Shown: piece after piece, positions 9,806 to 23,942 of the stretch
How the letters are laid out: each line of letters starts with the position of its first letter
Numbering within the stretch: the stretch's first letter is position 1
From: Lophium mytilinum
Lineage: Eukaryota
Assembly: GCA_010093605.1 (NCBI GenBank)
Contig: MU004181.1
Coordinates: 3,162,001-3,226,000, forward strand
DNA length: 64,000 bases
Direction: 5' to 3'
The notes under the pieces: model-generated
Told to the model about the DNA's origin: nothing
What the model saw: only the letters and a program-made list of their open reading frames with translations
The model's database searches: none
Position numbers and translations under genes: made by a program

Positions 9806-10664
9806 GGCAATTGAGCGGAATGAGCCTCACGCGGACAGATTAGGTCAAAGAGCGACACGAACATTCTTACCCCTTCAGAGCATAAGATTGTATCCCAGAG
9901 ATCCATAGGCCTCGTTCGAGGCACTTCGGTTTGGACCACAGCTTGAGATTGGGCCTGGATCGGATGCGGGGAGCCGTTTAGGGCGTTGGGCACTTCGAAT
10001 GAAAAGAGATGATCCTTGATGATTAGAATGCAGTTTTTCTCCAATACGAGCCAATTTTCTAATTCTTTGCAAGAGTGATAACGTGAGAAAAGACAAAAAG
10101 ATAAGACGTTGCAGGACTAGGAGCTCAATCTGACTGGCTAAGATGAAGGCACGCAGGAGACACATCTCCATGAAACTTACATACTACTGTGTAGAACCGC
10201 GATTTCCCCTTAGATGGTCCCGAGGTAGTAGTGCCGCCACCTAGCTCTGTCGTACATGTGAGATATGATTCCTCTGGTCTGAGTATTACTTAAATATTTA
10301 GGCAACTTGATGTTGATATTCCTGTTTACTATGGCCGGATCTGATTTGACCTGGCTTCGCTCGGGCTCTTGGACGGCAAAAGGCTGGTGTCCACTGTCGC
10401 GGTATGCTACGTCACCACGTGGTTGCTTAGGTCCTCATTCTTTCTTGATTTTTCTCAACGTCACTTCGTTACTCAGTACCTTCATCATTGTGCTTCCACA
10501 TATTCACGCCTACTGACATTCCTTCAAGGTAAGACGGCTCTATGGGTGACTGAAGGGACAACTTCTTATTGACATGACGGCGGCGGGCTTACTGGACTAC
10601 GTGAGAAACTCCGGAGGGTTTGAGAGGACAGGAGAACAGGATGTAATAAGCTCGACGGCGTCAG

Positions 10665-11459
10665 TCAGACGTCTTTAATTAGCATGGCCAACTCGTCAGA
10701 GGTAACCACTTCTGCAAATTTTGCTTTCATATCAAACAAGTTCGCCTTATGAGGGTATTCGTCCCGATCTCCACAAGCATCTGCGATCACGTAAGGGTTG
10801 AAGCCATACTAAGGTGTATTAGTCACCATTTCGAACTAGAAGCAGGTGTGCACGAGCCTGTGTTGCATCAACAGTCGTCGCTCTAACGCAGCCGGAGGTG
10901 CTGTAGCCACAGACAAGGAGGGTATCGGTCTTCAAACGGATCAAGGTCGATGCCAAAGAGGTGCCAAAGAAGCACGAGCTGTACTGCTTCTCGATGACGG
11001 TCTCGCCAGCGAATGGACGGCAGATCTTGGAATTAGTTGGATAGTCTCCCAGGACGTTGCCCTTATCGAAGGCACATAAAGCTTTGGGCAGCTTGAATTT
11101 GTACCAGTTACCCCCATCTGCGCCTCGATCGTGATACACCACCTACGAAGGGGATCAGTAAGGTAGGGTTGAAGGGCGTGTAAAAGCTGTAGGCATACTC
11201 TGCTAAATATAACGGGGATCCCGTTCTCTCGGCACAGTGTTATCGTCTTTTCGCACGAATCTAGCGCTGTTTGGAAACGGTCTTTCCCATACAACGGACT
11301 CCCTTCAGTGAGGTATGCGTTGCAGACATCGATGACTAGCAAAGCAGGGTGATCTCCGAAGGGATAGCCGCCTTTCTTCTCTCCTGCACCGGCTGTGAAG
11401 CCGGAGGCGGCATAGCTGGCCATCAACTCATCTGGGTATCCCTTTGCGTCTGCTGACAT
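10665..11459 (-). CDS. Isochorismatase-family cysteine hydrolase (N-carbamoylsarcosine amidase-like), 2 introns
   Basis: PALLVIDV, IEKQYSSCFFGT, GYSTSGCVRAT. Last exon reads YGFNPYVIADACGDRDEYPHKANLFDMKAKFAEVV...DV*. Contains the Asp-Lys-Cys triad motifs. Confidence 0.9.
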
Positions 11460-12498
11460 GATAGACAGACTTGAGAACGAGCTTGTGAAAGAAGTATTGA
11501 GGTAACGGAGAGTTCGAAATAGAAGAGAGTAGAACGGGAGAGAGTTGAGCTCGTTATGAAAAGATATGGATAGATCTTGATACACTTTGTTCAGAGAAGA
11601 GCACCAGCGGAATGGGGCTGTTTCTTATCACAATAGTCTTCACGAGCCCCCTTACAAATCGAACTAGGCTTATCTTTCGTAGTGTTCGGGAAGCGTGCCG
11701 ATGGATGTCGAGTATCCATCTTGTTTAGGCCTGCGGTTGGCTCTCACTTTCAATGCTATCGTCAATGTATAGTACACTGTGCTTGAGTATATAGGCCTAG
11801 AAAAAATGTCGAAAAGTTTTGCGAGCACTGAGTCCGAATGACGTTGAAGTTAAGGTTGGAGGGGGTGAATTCGGCAGGCGGCCCGATTGTTGCAGCGCTT
11901 ATGTCATCACCCCTACGCAAAGGGTTCTTCACGTTACTCAGCCTCTTGAGATCAGCGTTCGTGGAACTCGCATAGGACTGGACGCGGCACGGTCAAAGTA
12001 GTGGTACGTAGCCCGAAGGAGTGACTTAAGTTAGGTAGGTCAGCTACATGATTTCAGTTCCGCAACTTCAACACATCCTCCCTCCCGTTGGAAGACGTAG
12101 GTCTGCGCTAAACGCAACCACGTTATGCATCCCCGCGATCCTCTCGCATCTGAATTGCCTCGGCCACTCAGACTTCCAAAGCAATCTCCCCTCGATTCTC
12201 CATCTATGCCATACTTACCGCCATATTTATTTCACCCCACGAATAGCCGTCTCCGGAGTCGAGCGCCGCCATAAGGTGCATTGCTCGTCTGCCTGGCCCT
12301 GTGGAAACCACATGAGCGAGTCTGAATTGAGCTAGCCTCAGCGGTATCTCGGCGACTGGCTCCGTGGCCTGCTTGCGCTCTTCGAGACAACTAGGAGCAG
12401 CAGAAGATTGTTGTATCAGTGTGTAAAGGTGTATCGATGCTTGCAGATGCAAACAAGTAGTGCATCAAGTCCTGAAATGAAGCCGAAGAGCGGCCTCG

Positions 12499-15400
12499 TC
12501 AGCCGCGAATTCGAAAAGTGCGCCGAGAAGTCGAGCGCGCAATCTGACGATGGATTTGGTTTTGGGGCAGAGAGTCTTTCAACGAAGGAAACTGATCGTC
12601 GGGTAAAAGAGAGTCTCGTCGTCCAGACACCTTTGAGTCTGATTCGGCGATCTTTTTTCGAGGGAGAGACGGCTGACTGAGAGTGGAGAGTGGAGTCTGA
12701 GATGAGGAACGTTTGTTTCCATACCACTCGACATCGCTAAGTTGTAGTTTCCTGGCGCGCTGATTGCTACGGTTGTTGCCTGCTTTGTCAATGCGCGGCT
12801 GAATGTAGGGATTATGCTGCTTTTCGAGGCCTGAGGATGTCTCAGTATGCTTCCTGTTGTAGTTGGGCTGCAGTAAATGAAAAAGTTGGGTATCACCGTC
12901 GTTTTCGTTTTCGTCTGTGCCTCGAAGGTCGTAATTTAGGACGAGATTCTTGATCCGCTGTTGCTCCTCTCTCTCTGCCTGCTGTTTGCTCTTCATAGCA
13001 ATGGCAAAGTTGGAGTCAGAAGGCAGATCAATGGACCGGGTCTAGAGCTGTATTAGTTACTTGACCGAGAAATGATAGAGTGAACACATACCTGTTGTCG
13101 GTTGCCGCGCTTGCTGAGAAGAGAAAACTTCATAGTGTTCGACGGAGCTACCGGGATAGGTGCCGCCTCGACTGCGCTATCCTCAGTATTGGAAGCTTGA
13201 TCGCGAGCACGTCGCATTGGCAGTGGCACATCGAACACTGCTTTGCGTTCGAACTTGCGGGAGTCTAAACTCTCAGACATCAACTTAGCGAGCTCGCGAT
13301 CGAAGTCAGCGTCAGCTTCGGGGTCTCTCTCGTCCTCTTGGCGAGTCACGATAATTTGCTCGTCTTCATCTTCGGATACTCGCTCCTGTGGCTCATCATC
13401 GTCTTCGTCCTCTGAAGACTTATCCTCTTCTTTATCTCCATCCTCATCAGCAATATCGACCGCGTCATCGTCCGCGCCGTCCTCATCATCAGAGGCGGAT
13501 ACTTCGTCAACTTCGTCTACCTCGTCCGGCTTATCGACTGTAGCTGTCTGGAAATTCTGCCTAACAATCTCGACGAAAGCGTTGGACGCTTCTTCAGGAT
13601 CCGCCAAAAGCTTCCATTGCGGTCTGGTCAGCATAAAAGCGTCCTGGACAAGAAACTCGATGTCCATAGGTAACGGGTCTTTAACGCCGTAAACGTAGTA
13701 CTGAAAGAATGTCAAAAAGAACTCGAACTTCTTCTTTGCTGCTCCCTTCTCAAAATACATGCCGCAGGTCTCCAGAAGGTTGCAAATCAAACGAATCCGG
13801 AAGTAGTCATCCGGAAGATCCAAGGGGTTGATGCTGCCACGCTTTGGAGTATTTCCTTCATGTCCGTACGATACAATCTTATAAAAAGTGTCAAAAACGA
13901 GACCGGAATCGACCATTCTGTAGATGTATAGCTCTCCCAAGTACTTGACTTCTGCTATGCGACGTTGGTTGAATTTGAAGTCGTTGAGCTCCAGTCCAAA
14001 AGTGATCGATTCGAGAAGGTCGTCAATGACCGACATGCAAAACTCCTGGTGATATCTATTGAGAGACGAGAGAATAACGGCAAGAAGATGGATGTTGCTG
14101 TACTTTATCTTGCCTGGCTTGGTGAAGATCTTGTGAATGATGTTTACGACCTCATCTTCTTCCCAATGAAGCTTCCGAATCTGCTTGACGATCTTATCAA
14201 GGGTTCGTCTACTCAAGTCTTGATAAGCGAGCTTGCGAAGGAACAGCTCTAATGGGGACCTCTCCTTCTGTTCGATTGCAGATCGTTCGGGCGGATTGAC
14301 GTAATAGACAGCATTTTCGATAAGCATACGCTCTTGTTGGCCAAGATGCTGGGCTGCCTTCTTACGCTGAAGCGTCTCCAGAAAGGAGTGCATCCGCGGC
14401 GAAGTTTCCGGATTGCGAAGAAGATAGCGTCCGCAGTTCTCAAGAAGGTTGCATATGATCTCAATGTTCATCCTCGAAAACTCGTCAAGGCTGACCTTGA
14501 GGCAGTGGAATATGACGTGCTCAGGAACGACTCCGAATTTTGTCAACTCTGCAAGATAGCGCACATTCTGAGTCCTGACTTGCCCAAGGAAGTCCTTGGA
14601 TTTGCGCCGTTGCAGACTGCGAAATTCGTCATCCAAATAAGTCACCAGTCCCTGGGAGACATCCGGCATGTATTTGCCAAGGGTGGCAATCAGCCTGGAA
14701 TATAGCGGCAAAAGATCAGAGCGGCCCTTCGGAATGTCTTGTACTGCTTTGATCAGCCTATTGCGAGAGGCCTTGGAGTTTAAGAAGCAAAAATCAACCG
14801 CCGCTTGGTCGACCAAGTCTTTTGAGTTGGCGTCTGGCAGACGTGCTAAAATGGCATCTACCTGGGCTCCAACTGACTTGTTCGCAATGGCGGTGGACTG
14901 ATCTTCACCATCTGCGGGCTTAGCATCCGTTGCTGCATCTGGCTTCTCCGTGGCTTCTGGGTCCGCACCCGCCGGTTTGCTCTCAATCTTCTTGCCCACT
15001 TGCTCGTCGTTGTCGGTTTTCTTCTTCTTAGGTTCTTCAAGAAGAATCCCAGGTACCCGGTCTTTGAGATCGATTACATTCTCGTAGAAGCGGCGTTCCT
15101 CTTCATCTTCCCAGATTCCGGGCCCTTCACCCTGTCCACGAAGATAATCCCCAGCTTTTACTAGGCCAATAGCACTATCTCCGGAAGCAGCAGTGGTATC
15201 CTTTTCCTTTAGATCAGGCATATCTGCACTGAGTGCGTCCGCGAGCACTTGAGCATTGGCGATAAGCTTATCCTGAGCCTTGATCTGTTTCTCGTAGTTG
15301 GCCTGGCGATCCTCAAACACTTCACCAGACTTGACATACGCCTCTGCATTACGGCGTCCCTGAGCAAGAAGCGTCTTTTGGTCGCGGGCCAGGTGAGTCT

Positions 15401-16421
15401 TCACGTCCTCAAAGTAACGAAGAAGGATATTTTTGAAACGCTGGCGAAGTTCCGGGGTGGTGATTGGTGGATCCTTGACAGCCAGATCCTCAGAGTCCGT
15501 TCCAGCGGCAGATTCTCTGTCCCCAGGAGCTGTAGTAGATCCATCTTCAAGAACAGTCTTACGGCCTTCGGCGGAGGAAGTTCTGGCCCCTAGCACATCC
15601 CATGCAAACGCCTTAACAAAAATAACCACGAGAGGGAGGTTGACGTGCTCTCGATCATGACCCAGCATATCCTTAAGCACTTCGAGAGGAAAGGGCTCCA
15701 TATCCACGCCATCCGACCGGGAGCCGTTAGCCGATGCCTTTGTTTTTGCAGAAGTCTCTACCAGCTTCACGCTATCTTTGCCTTTCGCGGCTTCTTCTGG
15801 TCTGGTGACGTCGTCCAAACTCCGCAACACCCCAACAAGCCATAACTCGGTCGCTACCCGTAGCAAGACTCGCTGACGAGCTAACCGGTCCTTCTCTTCT
15901 CTCTCTCGAACATCCTGCGCCAGCGCCTTGAGGTGTGCCTTATCCGGTGTGCTCAGTCCTCTCCCAATGTGCCAGCCAATGAATCCCGTGAACTCTCCAG
16001 GTCCGAAGCGTTGGTGGAGCGCGCTGACTATTTCGACACCGGCCGCGATTTCCCCTGGCGATTTGAGCTTACAGAGGCCCTCGTAGCAGGCGGAGATAAT
16101 TTCGGAGAGGTATTTGTGGAGCGAGAGGGCTCCAACTTCTTGGAGGAACTGGCCCTGGGAGCTTGCTGTGATGGCCGTGCGCAGTCTCTTGATGAAGGCA
16201 GTGTTTTTCTTCATGGAGGAGTCGAGGGATCCTTGGACCGGGAATACATCTGCCGTGAATGTGAGTGGACGGGTCGGGATAACATGCGAAAGGTCCTACC
16301 TCTGTCGCCAGCCCACGCTCGCGCATTCTGTTCGCGCAACTCGCCTGGAAGAAAGCAACTGGTCAGTATTTGAGCTTTGAAGCTTGTGTGCAGAGGCCTC
16401 ACGCTTCCTCTGCCGTTCCAT
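12499..16421 (-). CDS. UPF2: Nonsense-mediated decay factor Upf2/Nmd2 (MIF4G domains); 3' end uncertain
   Basis: MERQRKR start, LDSSMKKNTAFIKRLR, NVRYLAELTKFGVVP, DYFRIRLICNLLETCG, an acidic tract and KFSLLSKRGNRQQ|TRSIDLPSDSNFA. Introns about 16340-16402, 16249-16298 and 13042-13091. Confidence 0.93.
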
Positions 16422-18753
16422 GGCGGCAGAGCTATCTCGCACTGATGGAGGGGGTTGCGTCAAGGGCAGGACGCATTTAGAGGTTGCAGAGTGCACGCGG
16501 GCAGGGTTTGCATTTGACGGTTGAAGTTGCTGGAGGGGCTTGTAGCCGGTAGTGTCTCTGTTTGGCGGCGGCAGGAAAGGTGAATTGAGGGCGGTCGCGC
16601 TGGCGGTTGGAGCTCGGTGCGTGGTCGATTGAAGCAAGTGGGAGGTTCAGGACAAGCTAGGGCCAAAATGCGCCGCGGGACGCGCCACTTATCCGTCGCC
16701 AACGGCCTATCACAGCCCGCCCTCCTCGAACAGTAATGTGGTAACGTATAATGAAAGCTTGACAGTCCGCTGAAGGGGTTTGCTACCCTCACGTTATTTG
16801 TTGGACTGAACCCGGTTCCGATGAGTCATGGTGTTTTGTTGCTCTGAAATTTCTACGTACGACCTTACTTGCATCCATGTCTTGCGGAGAAACCGTGCTA
16901 GTTTTGGTGGTAATAATTCCATCATGTTGCAATACCACTGGGCAGCCCTCCACATGATTCCTAATTTCACTTGCACAGTGTGGCTAAGACACCTCCGATG
17001 ATGCAGCGAGGCGAAGGGAATATTTCTCGCCGACCAATGAAACTGTTGTTTTTTAAGAATGAGATTTCAAAGCTACTCCAATTGTGTGATAGAAGAGTTT
17101 GATAGCTACTCTTACTTCGTATTGGGTGATAAGAGTAAACAACTAGTTTTCTCAGGTGTTTCCGTTCTTGTCATCAACTCTTCGATGAACACGACGATAG
17201 TCTTCCTGCGAGACTCCAGAGCCCCCCCCCAGCAGGCCCGTATCGTGGGCGCTTGGACCTCGATCCGGGCTGACTTTCGATGCATACGCTGCGATGCATC
17301 CTCATAAACACCAACGCTACTTGCGGGCTCGACCGTCTTTGATCTCCAAGAAAGGCTATTTTGAGGCCCCACTGCTTGCTGGCCACCTGTCGTGCCACCA
17401 CGTTGCCGTTGTGATCGCCACGGCTTCCCGAACTTCGGACACGGGGAAGCTGAGGTATTTCCTTGCCTTGTTTCAATCAGTCTTGCAGAACCGCTTATGA
17501 CAGGTGGCGAGATCCGGGGAAAGGTTGCTTCTCATCAACGTTAGACTGAAGCATGTGACGTCTCTGCTCGCATCAATGGCGCAGTGATATATGTCTTCAA
17601 CCCTTCTCCGCGCTTTGTACCATCACCATGCCCGAGAGGCCAACGAAACACCAGGACGCCCCCGCTAAGCTCAATTCTATTCGCCACGCACGGCGAGATG
17701 CTGGCCGATTGGCACCGAGTGTGTTCTTGGCAATATTTTCCTCCGTGTTTGTAAAACCTCAAAACTGACCCTCTCATCAAGCTCGCCATCATGAGCTCTC
17801 AATGGAGTCTAATGTCAACGCACGGAAGACACGAGACCTCGGGGGGCGAGATAATGTCTTCACGCTCGGTGAGGGCACTTACAGGACGCCGGTCAGATGC
17901 GGCGGTGAGCTTGGGGCTGCAAACTGCAGTTCCTGCATACGCCGCCATAATTTTGGTGCAACACGCCCGGTGGAGGCTACGAGGAGGGCAATGAGGCGTT
18001 GTAAAGAGGATAGACCAGTTTAGCATCATGGGTGGTAGGCACGATGGGAGCTAAGAGTTGAGATACTCAATAGGTATGGCCATACTTCCGGCATAGACTA
18101 TGATCACTTGCTCTCGTATCCAGAATGTCTCTTTCGACTATATACTTTTCAGCGTCCTCAGCTCCACTACTTCTTGAATTGACGGGCACTCTCTTTTGTT
18201 TGTTCTTTCTGTCCTTCTTAGTGAATAGTATTGACCGCCATCTCCACTTTCATTCGCACCAGCTCGGTCGTTCACCTCTGCGATGTGGTGCAGCCTCCTC
18301 GGGCATGCAAAATTAACATCTTCACCTCGTTTTCGGAAAGCATCCCACTCCTCGTCCCCGGCGCCCCCTTCTCTAGCGCGGTGTCACAAGCAAGTGCTGC
18401 GGGCTGGCAATCGCTCTGTCGTGTTACGTGTGGCCCAGTGCCCATCATCACGGGCGATTTGCCGCGCTGTCCTTCGCCGACGCACGTAGCCTGCTGCAGA
18501 AGCCCGATCGGGAGCGAGCCATTGAAGGCAAGCAAGCCGCCTTAAACCCAGACTTCCGCTCCAAGACTGCATACTGACTGCGAACCCAGCAGCCACCCGA
18601 AACCTCACCCACCAGCCCACGTTCCCCAACGTCTACGCACCCATGTCATCTATCTCTGTTTGACCCGTCCATCTTCTCTTGTTGGACCCTCACCGGTTAC
18701 ACCGACCATACTCCTCGACTCAACCCTTCGTTTCCACAGCTTGCCGGATCGAC

Positions 18754-21549
18754 ATGTGGAGTGAAGTTTTGGCACGCGCAGTCAACGGCAATGGAGCGGG
18801 CGCGATCACAGACCCATGGCCAGTCAAGGATGTGAGGATTCCTCAGTATAGATAGGTGAATCTGAGGCCTAGCTGACCGTGGTGTCTCAGATCGTTTATG
18901 TTGTCATTGTCGGAACGGTTATGCTAGCGGCCTTTTTGGAGTGGTTTCTATGGCTAGCAGCGTTCCTCTACTGCCTCGTCAAGGTCTTTCAGAAGGCCGA
19001 GAACGTTAGCATCAAGATCTTGGCTGTCATCATCATGGTTTTGTTTACGTTGCTCCGGTAAGAACCAGCCACCTTGTGTTTGCATAGTTGCTCACTTTTT
19101 TTGAAGAATGATATTCCTTCCGATCATGATCGTCACGCTCCCGCTTCCCGCAAAAATCACCCAGTACTTCCCTTTAGAAATGGTTTCCTTCTTGCAGTGG
19201 TTCGCATTCTGGTCGTTTGCCGGTCTTCTCATCATACCCTGGCTGCTGTGTGTCTACCAACTGGTGACACACTCCATCGGACGTACCACTCGGATCAAGA
19301 CCGTTCTGGATGAGAGCTCGGCCCCCAAGGTTGTCATTGTCATGCCCTGCTACAAAGAAGTTCCGGAGATTCTTCTGAGAACTGTGGATTCACTCGTCGA
19401 TTGCGAATATCCTCCGTCCTGCTTGCATGTCTTTCTCTCGTTCGACGGAGATCAGGAAGACGAGCTCTACTTGAACACCATTGAAAAACTTGGTGTCCCT
19501 CTAACTCTTGATTCATACCCCAAGAGTATCGACGTTACCTATCGAAGCACTCGAATCACCGTATCTCGATTCCCGCATGGCGGCAAGCGACATTGCCAAA
19601 AGCGGACCTTCAAGCTGATTGACAAGATCTATACGGACTACCTCAAGCGCAATGACAACCTATTCGTGCTCTTTATCGACTCGGACTGTATCTTGGACAA
19701 AGTCTGCATTCAAAACTTCATGTACGAGATGGAGCTTAAGCCCGGAAGCAAGAAGAATATGTTGGCCATGACGGGAGTCATTACATCCACCACAGAGAAG
19801 AACTCTTTGATCACCATACTCCAGGACATGGAGTACATCCACGGGCAGCTATTCGAGCGTTCAGTCGAGTCTGGTTGTGGTGCAGTGACCTGCCTACCAG
19901 GCGCTCTCACTATTCTCCGCTTCTCTGCGTTTCGAAAGATGGCAAAATACTACTTCGCTGACAAAGCTGAACAGTGTGATGATCTCTTTGACTACGGAAA
20001 ATGCCATCTCGGTGAGGATCGCTGGTTGACGCACCTCTTCATGATCGGCGCGAAAGAACGATACCAGATCCAAATGAACACAAGCGCGTTTTGTAAGACA
20101 GAGGCTGTCCAGACCTACCAGAGTCTGCTCAAGCAACGCCGCCGATGGTTTCTAGGTTTCATTACGAACGAGGTCTGTATGCTGACAGATATACGGCTTT
20201 GGAAGCGTTATACTGTCCTTTGCATGGTTCGTTTTATGCAGAACACGATCCGAACGACCGCGCTTTTGTTCTTCATCATGGTCATATCTCTCTTGACAAC
20301 TTCTCAGACGATCAAGCAGCTGCCGGTTGGGTTCATTGGTATTTCTCTCGGACTCAACTGGATCCTCATGCTGTATTTCGCCGCGAAACTCGGCCGATAC
20401 AAGATCATGCTATACCCTCTCATGTTCATCATCAACCCGTTCTTCAACTGGGTCTACATGGTGTATGGAATCTTTACAGCTGGCCAGCGCACCTGGGGAG
20501 GCCCTCGAGCTGATGCTGGAGCTGCTGACACAACAACGACGCCTCAAGCTGCCATCGAGCACGCAGAAGCAACCGGAGATGACCTCAACGTGATTCCCGA
20601 GACTTTTAAGCCGGCGGTGGAGAGGCAACAGGAAAATCACCCTGTGTACGTCCCCCTACAGCCATCGGATTTCTTGGAAGGTCGTTTCGCACCTGCAGAG
20701 AGATTACCTGGTGGCTGGTACCATCAATCCAACGACTCCGGCCTTACCTTGCCAAACACGATGCCTAGAAATCCCCATGTGCCTCACATCCCTCTCCACC
20801 CCCGCAATTCAAACGACTCGATAATCACAGCCTTCTCTGCGGGTAACTCAGTTTACCTGCCGCGCCGCGTCGAGAGCTTCGTAGCTCCCGAGGACGCTCG
20901 TCTCTACCACAACACCCAAGCCACACAGCGACCAGCCGGCGGCGCCTTCTACGAACTCAATCGTCAAGTCCCCTATGAACGAGAAATCCGTTCTGTAAAG
21001 CCTGGAAATCAGGGGTTCATTGACTCGTTCTCGGACGAGTCGTCTAACAATTCCAAGACCAATCTTCATATTTCACAGCGTCCCGCCCGTGGAAGACGTA
21101 GCAACAGCGCCAGCACGAGCCCAACTTTAGCTAAATTCCCGTCACGACCTCCAACGCCGCTCGCTGCAGACGTTATTCGGCTTCCGCCCCGCGCCGCTGC
21201 TGGTGGTTCGTCCCGGCCGGCTTCGCCGCTCGCTGCAGACCCACAGCATCCAACCCAGTTCGACTCTCTGATTGTTCCCCGTCCTAGTATACGCACAGGT
21301 GACCGCGCCCCTTCAGGATCGGGTAGAGGCCGGAGCCCGCTTGCGAGGAAGAGTTTTGTGAGGACTGCGGAGGGCCGGGGAGAGGCGGAGGGCATTGAGA
21401 TGATGCCATCGTCCCAGCCAGCTCGACTTCAGGAGCATGGAGAAGAGAGCAGCGAGGACGACGCCAACCGCCCGAGCTCGAGCAGAGGTTCTAGCCGGAG
21501 GGAGAGGAGGCGCCTATCCAAGCCAGCGCCATGGTGGGAGAAGAGATGA
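18754..21549 (+). CDS. chsD: Chitin synthase, ChsD-type (class VI), GT2
   Basis: FIDSD, QDMEY, TCLPG, LGEDRWLT and QRRRW motifs. Short hydrophobic N-terminus (AAFLEWFLWLAAFLYCL). Two 5' introns, about 18832-18890 and 19058-19106. Confidence 0.88.
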
Positions 21550-22238
21550 AGTGGAGACGGCATCCTCTTGCGTTTCTGGGTATCTGTGCTCCTGCTCCCC
21601 AGCTTTCCTTTCTATCAACCTTTCTACTGCATTTGCATACATTTGGCGCTGATATGGGGTTTCGGACGGTACGGCATATGTGATGGGAGGCAATATGTGG
21701 ATTCCGTCCAGACGGACATGCTTAGACGGTTATATTATATTCGTTGTGATGACATGATTAGCCTGGTTGTATGCAACTTTCTGCTCGTCGGTTGTCCTTA
21801 CGTGAGTTGAATGACTATATACTGCTCACCCTTTTCAAGACTTTCCCCACATTCTCACTTTAGTCCTCTACATTCCCGTTGTCGTGAACATTCTTGCACT
21901 TGACGGCTTGCAAGACGTGGCTGATCAAATTTGCATAGCCAGCATAACAAGTAAAGTAGGGACCAGCATCAGCCATGAACGACCATCGCAGAGGTTGGCA
22001 TTAACGAACATTTCGGCAACGCCTTGGTGCAGAGTCCTAGTCAACATCGTCTTCGCCAATATAAGGGCTTCAAAACTAGGAAGATCTTCAATCAGCACCA
22101 TCAAAGTGGTCAGACAAGGGACGCCTGCACATGAATAACGTTACTCATTGAAAAAAAGATAGATTTCATTAGACCGGATATCGTGTAACCATCCAAAGTA
22201 CATCAAGAACACACCGCGATGAAACTGCGACTTCTCGC

Positions 22239-22878
22239 CTATTTCTTCCCTCCTCCTAGGAGTCCACCAACACCACTGGCCACACCCTCACCCGCACCCT
22301 TCAGTTGTCCAGTCGCCGCCTCCCCATAGCCACCCAGCGGCCCCCCTTGGCTCTCGAGGGGACGGCCTTGGTCGTCCTTGCCACCGCGTTCAGCACGGTT
22401 CATACCCTAAACAGATTTCGTTAGTTTTGCACTCATGGAAGTTAAGAGAGGCTCTTAACTCACCTCCTTCGAGGCCATATCCCCAAGCGGCTGCGCAAGG
22501 CCACCCTGGCCCACCTGGCCGGCAACGAGGTTGTTGACGCCGTCTTGCAGTTGGTCGACTTGCTCGACGCCGGTCACTTTGCTCTTGTCGAGCTCCTCTG
22601 CATGTGGATGTTAGTGGATCCACTGAGAGCTAAGGGTGGACGTTTAAGGAGCACAAGACGTACGTTTGGCGGCGTAGCTGGTCTTGTTGTCTTTGGTGAA
22701 CCACTTCAGGTACTGGTCTTCGAGGTGTTAGTATAGGGACTGACGTTTTAAGGATGGGGGTAAGGCTGGGAGCACACGAACCTTCCATCCACGGCATCCA
22801 GCTCTCGTACTGGTTGTTGTAGGTCTGTTTCAGCCATTCCGTGCGGGACTGCTGTTGCTGCTCATCGGAGGGTGCCAT
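22239..22878 (-). CDS. Small Gly-rich hypothetical protein, 4 exons
   Basis: Splices to MAPSD...YNNQYESWMPWME|DQYLKWFTKDNKTSYAAK|EELDKSKVTGVEQVDQLQDGVNNLVAGQVGQGGL...KE|GMNRAERGGKDD...GGGKK*. Confidence 0.8.
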
Positions 22879-23942
22879 TCTGTCTGTAAAGAGGTGGAAT
22901 GACGAATGAAAGTTGATAGTAGCTGCGTAGAATATAGGATACAAAGATGTCTAAAGATCGAAGATATTAGTGTATTTCTTAGAAGAGGATTAGGTAAGAG
23001 CTGCCCACCGAACGATTCTGAAGCGTGTAACTACGAGCAAAATCACGATAGGTACTCTGTATATGAACCAGCCACGCCCAGCAGCCCAAAACAGGATAGA
23101 TGACCAAGATGAAGGCTGGAGCGTGATGTGCTGCAGGGTAACGTCATGGCCCGGGGTCTGCACCCTGAGATCTCAACTGCATGCAGCCACCACCCGTCGC
23201 TAGATCCACTCAGCGTTGCAGCCGACCTCCCAGCGCGAAGCACAAGACGCGTTTCGACGGGATGGCCTTGCAAGGGAGTACAGACGTGCCGCCCGTCGAC
23301 TCCAAACCTAGAGTTCATCCGTGATGTCATCGCTGCCTACAGTTTGCGACGGTCATTGTCACGATATCTCTGGATAGCACCTACAGAGACGGTACCAAGC
23401 TAAGAGCGATTTGGTAGAAGGTGTGTTTGTTTTGAATTACGGCAACTAACATATTGAAGAAGTAGCTGCCGAGACTGTTACTCGCGCTGGCATTTCGTGA
23501 ACTTAAACCTAACCTGCCAAGCACTGCCTCGCAAATCTGTACAATAAATTTTTGCATACCACTTGCTGTGTTCTGCCCCTGATTTCCTCCTGAATTGATG
23601 TACGTCGGAGATGCCTCCCTTTCGTCCCTAACGTGTGTCCTGTCATCAGGCAAAACGGCGGTCCAACGTGGCTTATAGAACATATAAACAAGAATACGCC
23701 ATGCTGAATGTATCAACTGTCGCTTTGAGACTCGCGAAAGAAGTATCTCAAACATGTCGTGGCGCTGCGTTAGCTAGGTCCCGACATGTACAACAGCTTT
23801 CAGCCCAAAGAACTGACTCCGCCCATGCCCAGTGCACCCGCTGGATAGATACCTCTATTTCTGAAGCACAAGAAATTCGTTACTGCAGTCCAGACAAAGG
23901 CCCAGCCCTTAATCCGCTGCAGCCCAGTCATAGTGTGAAAGT

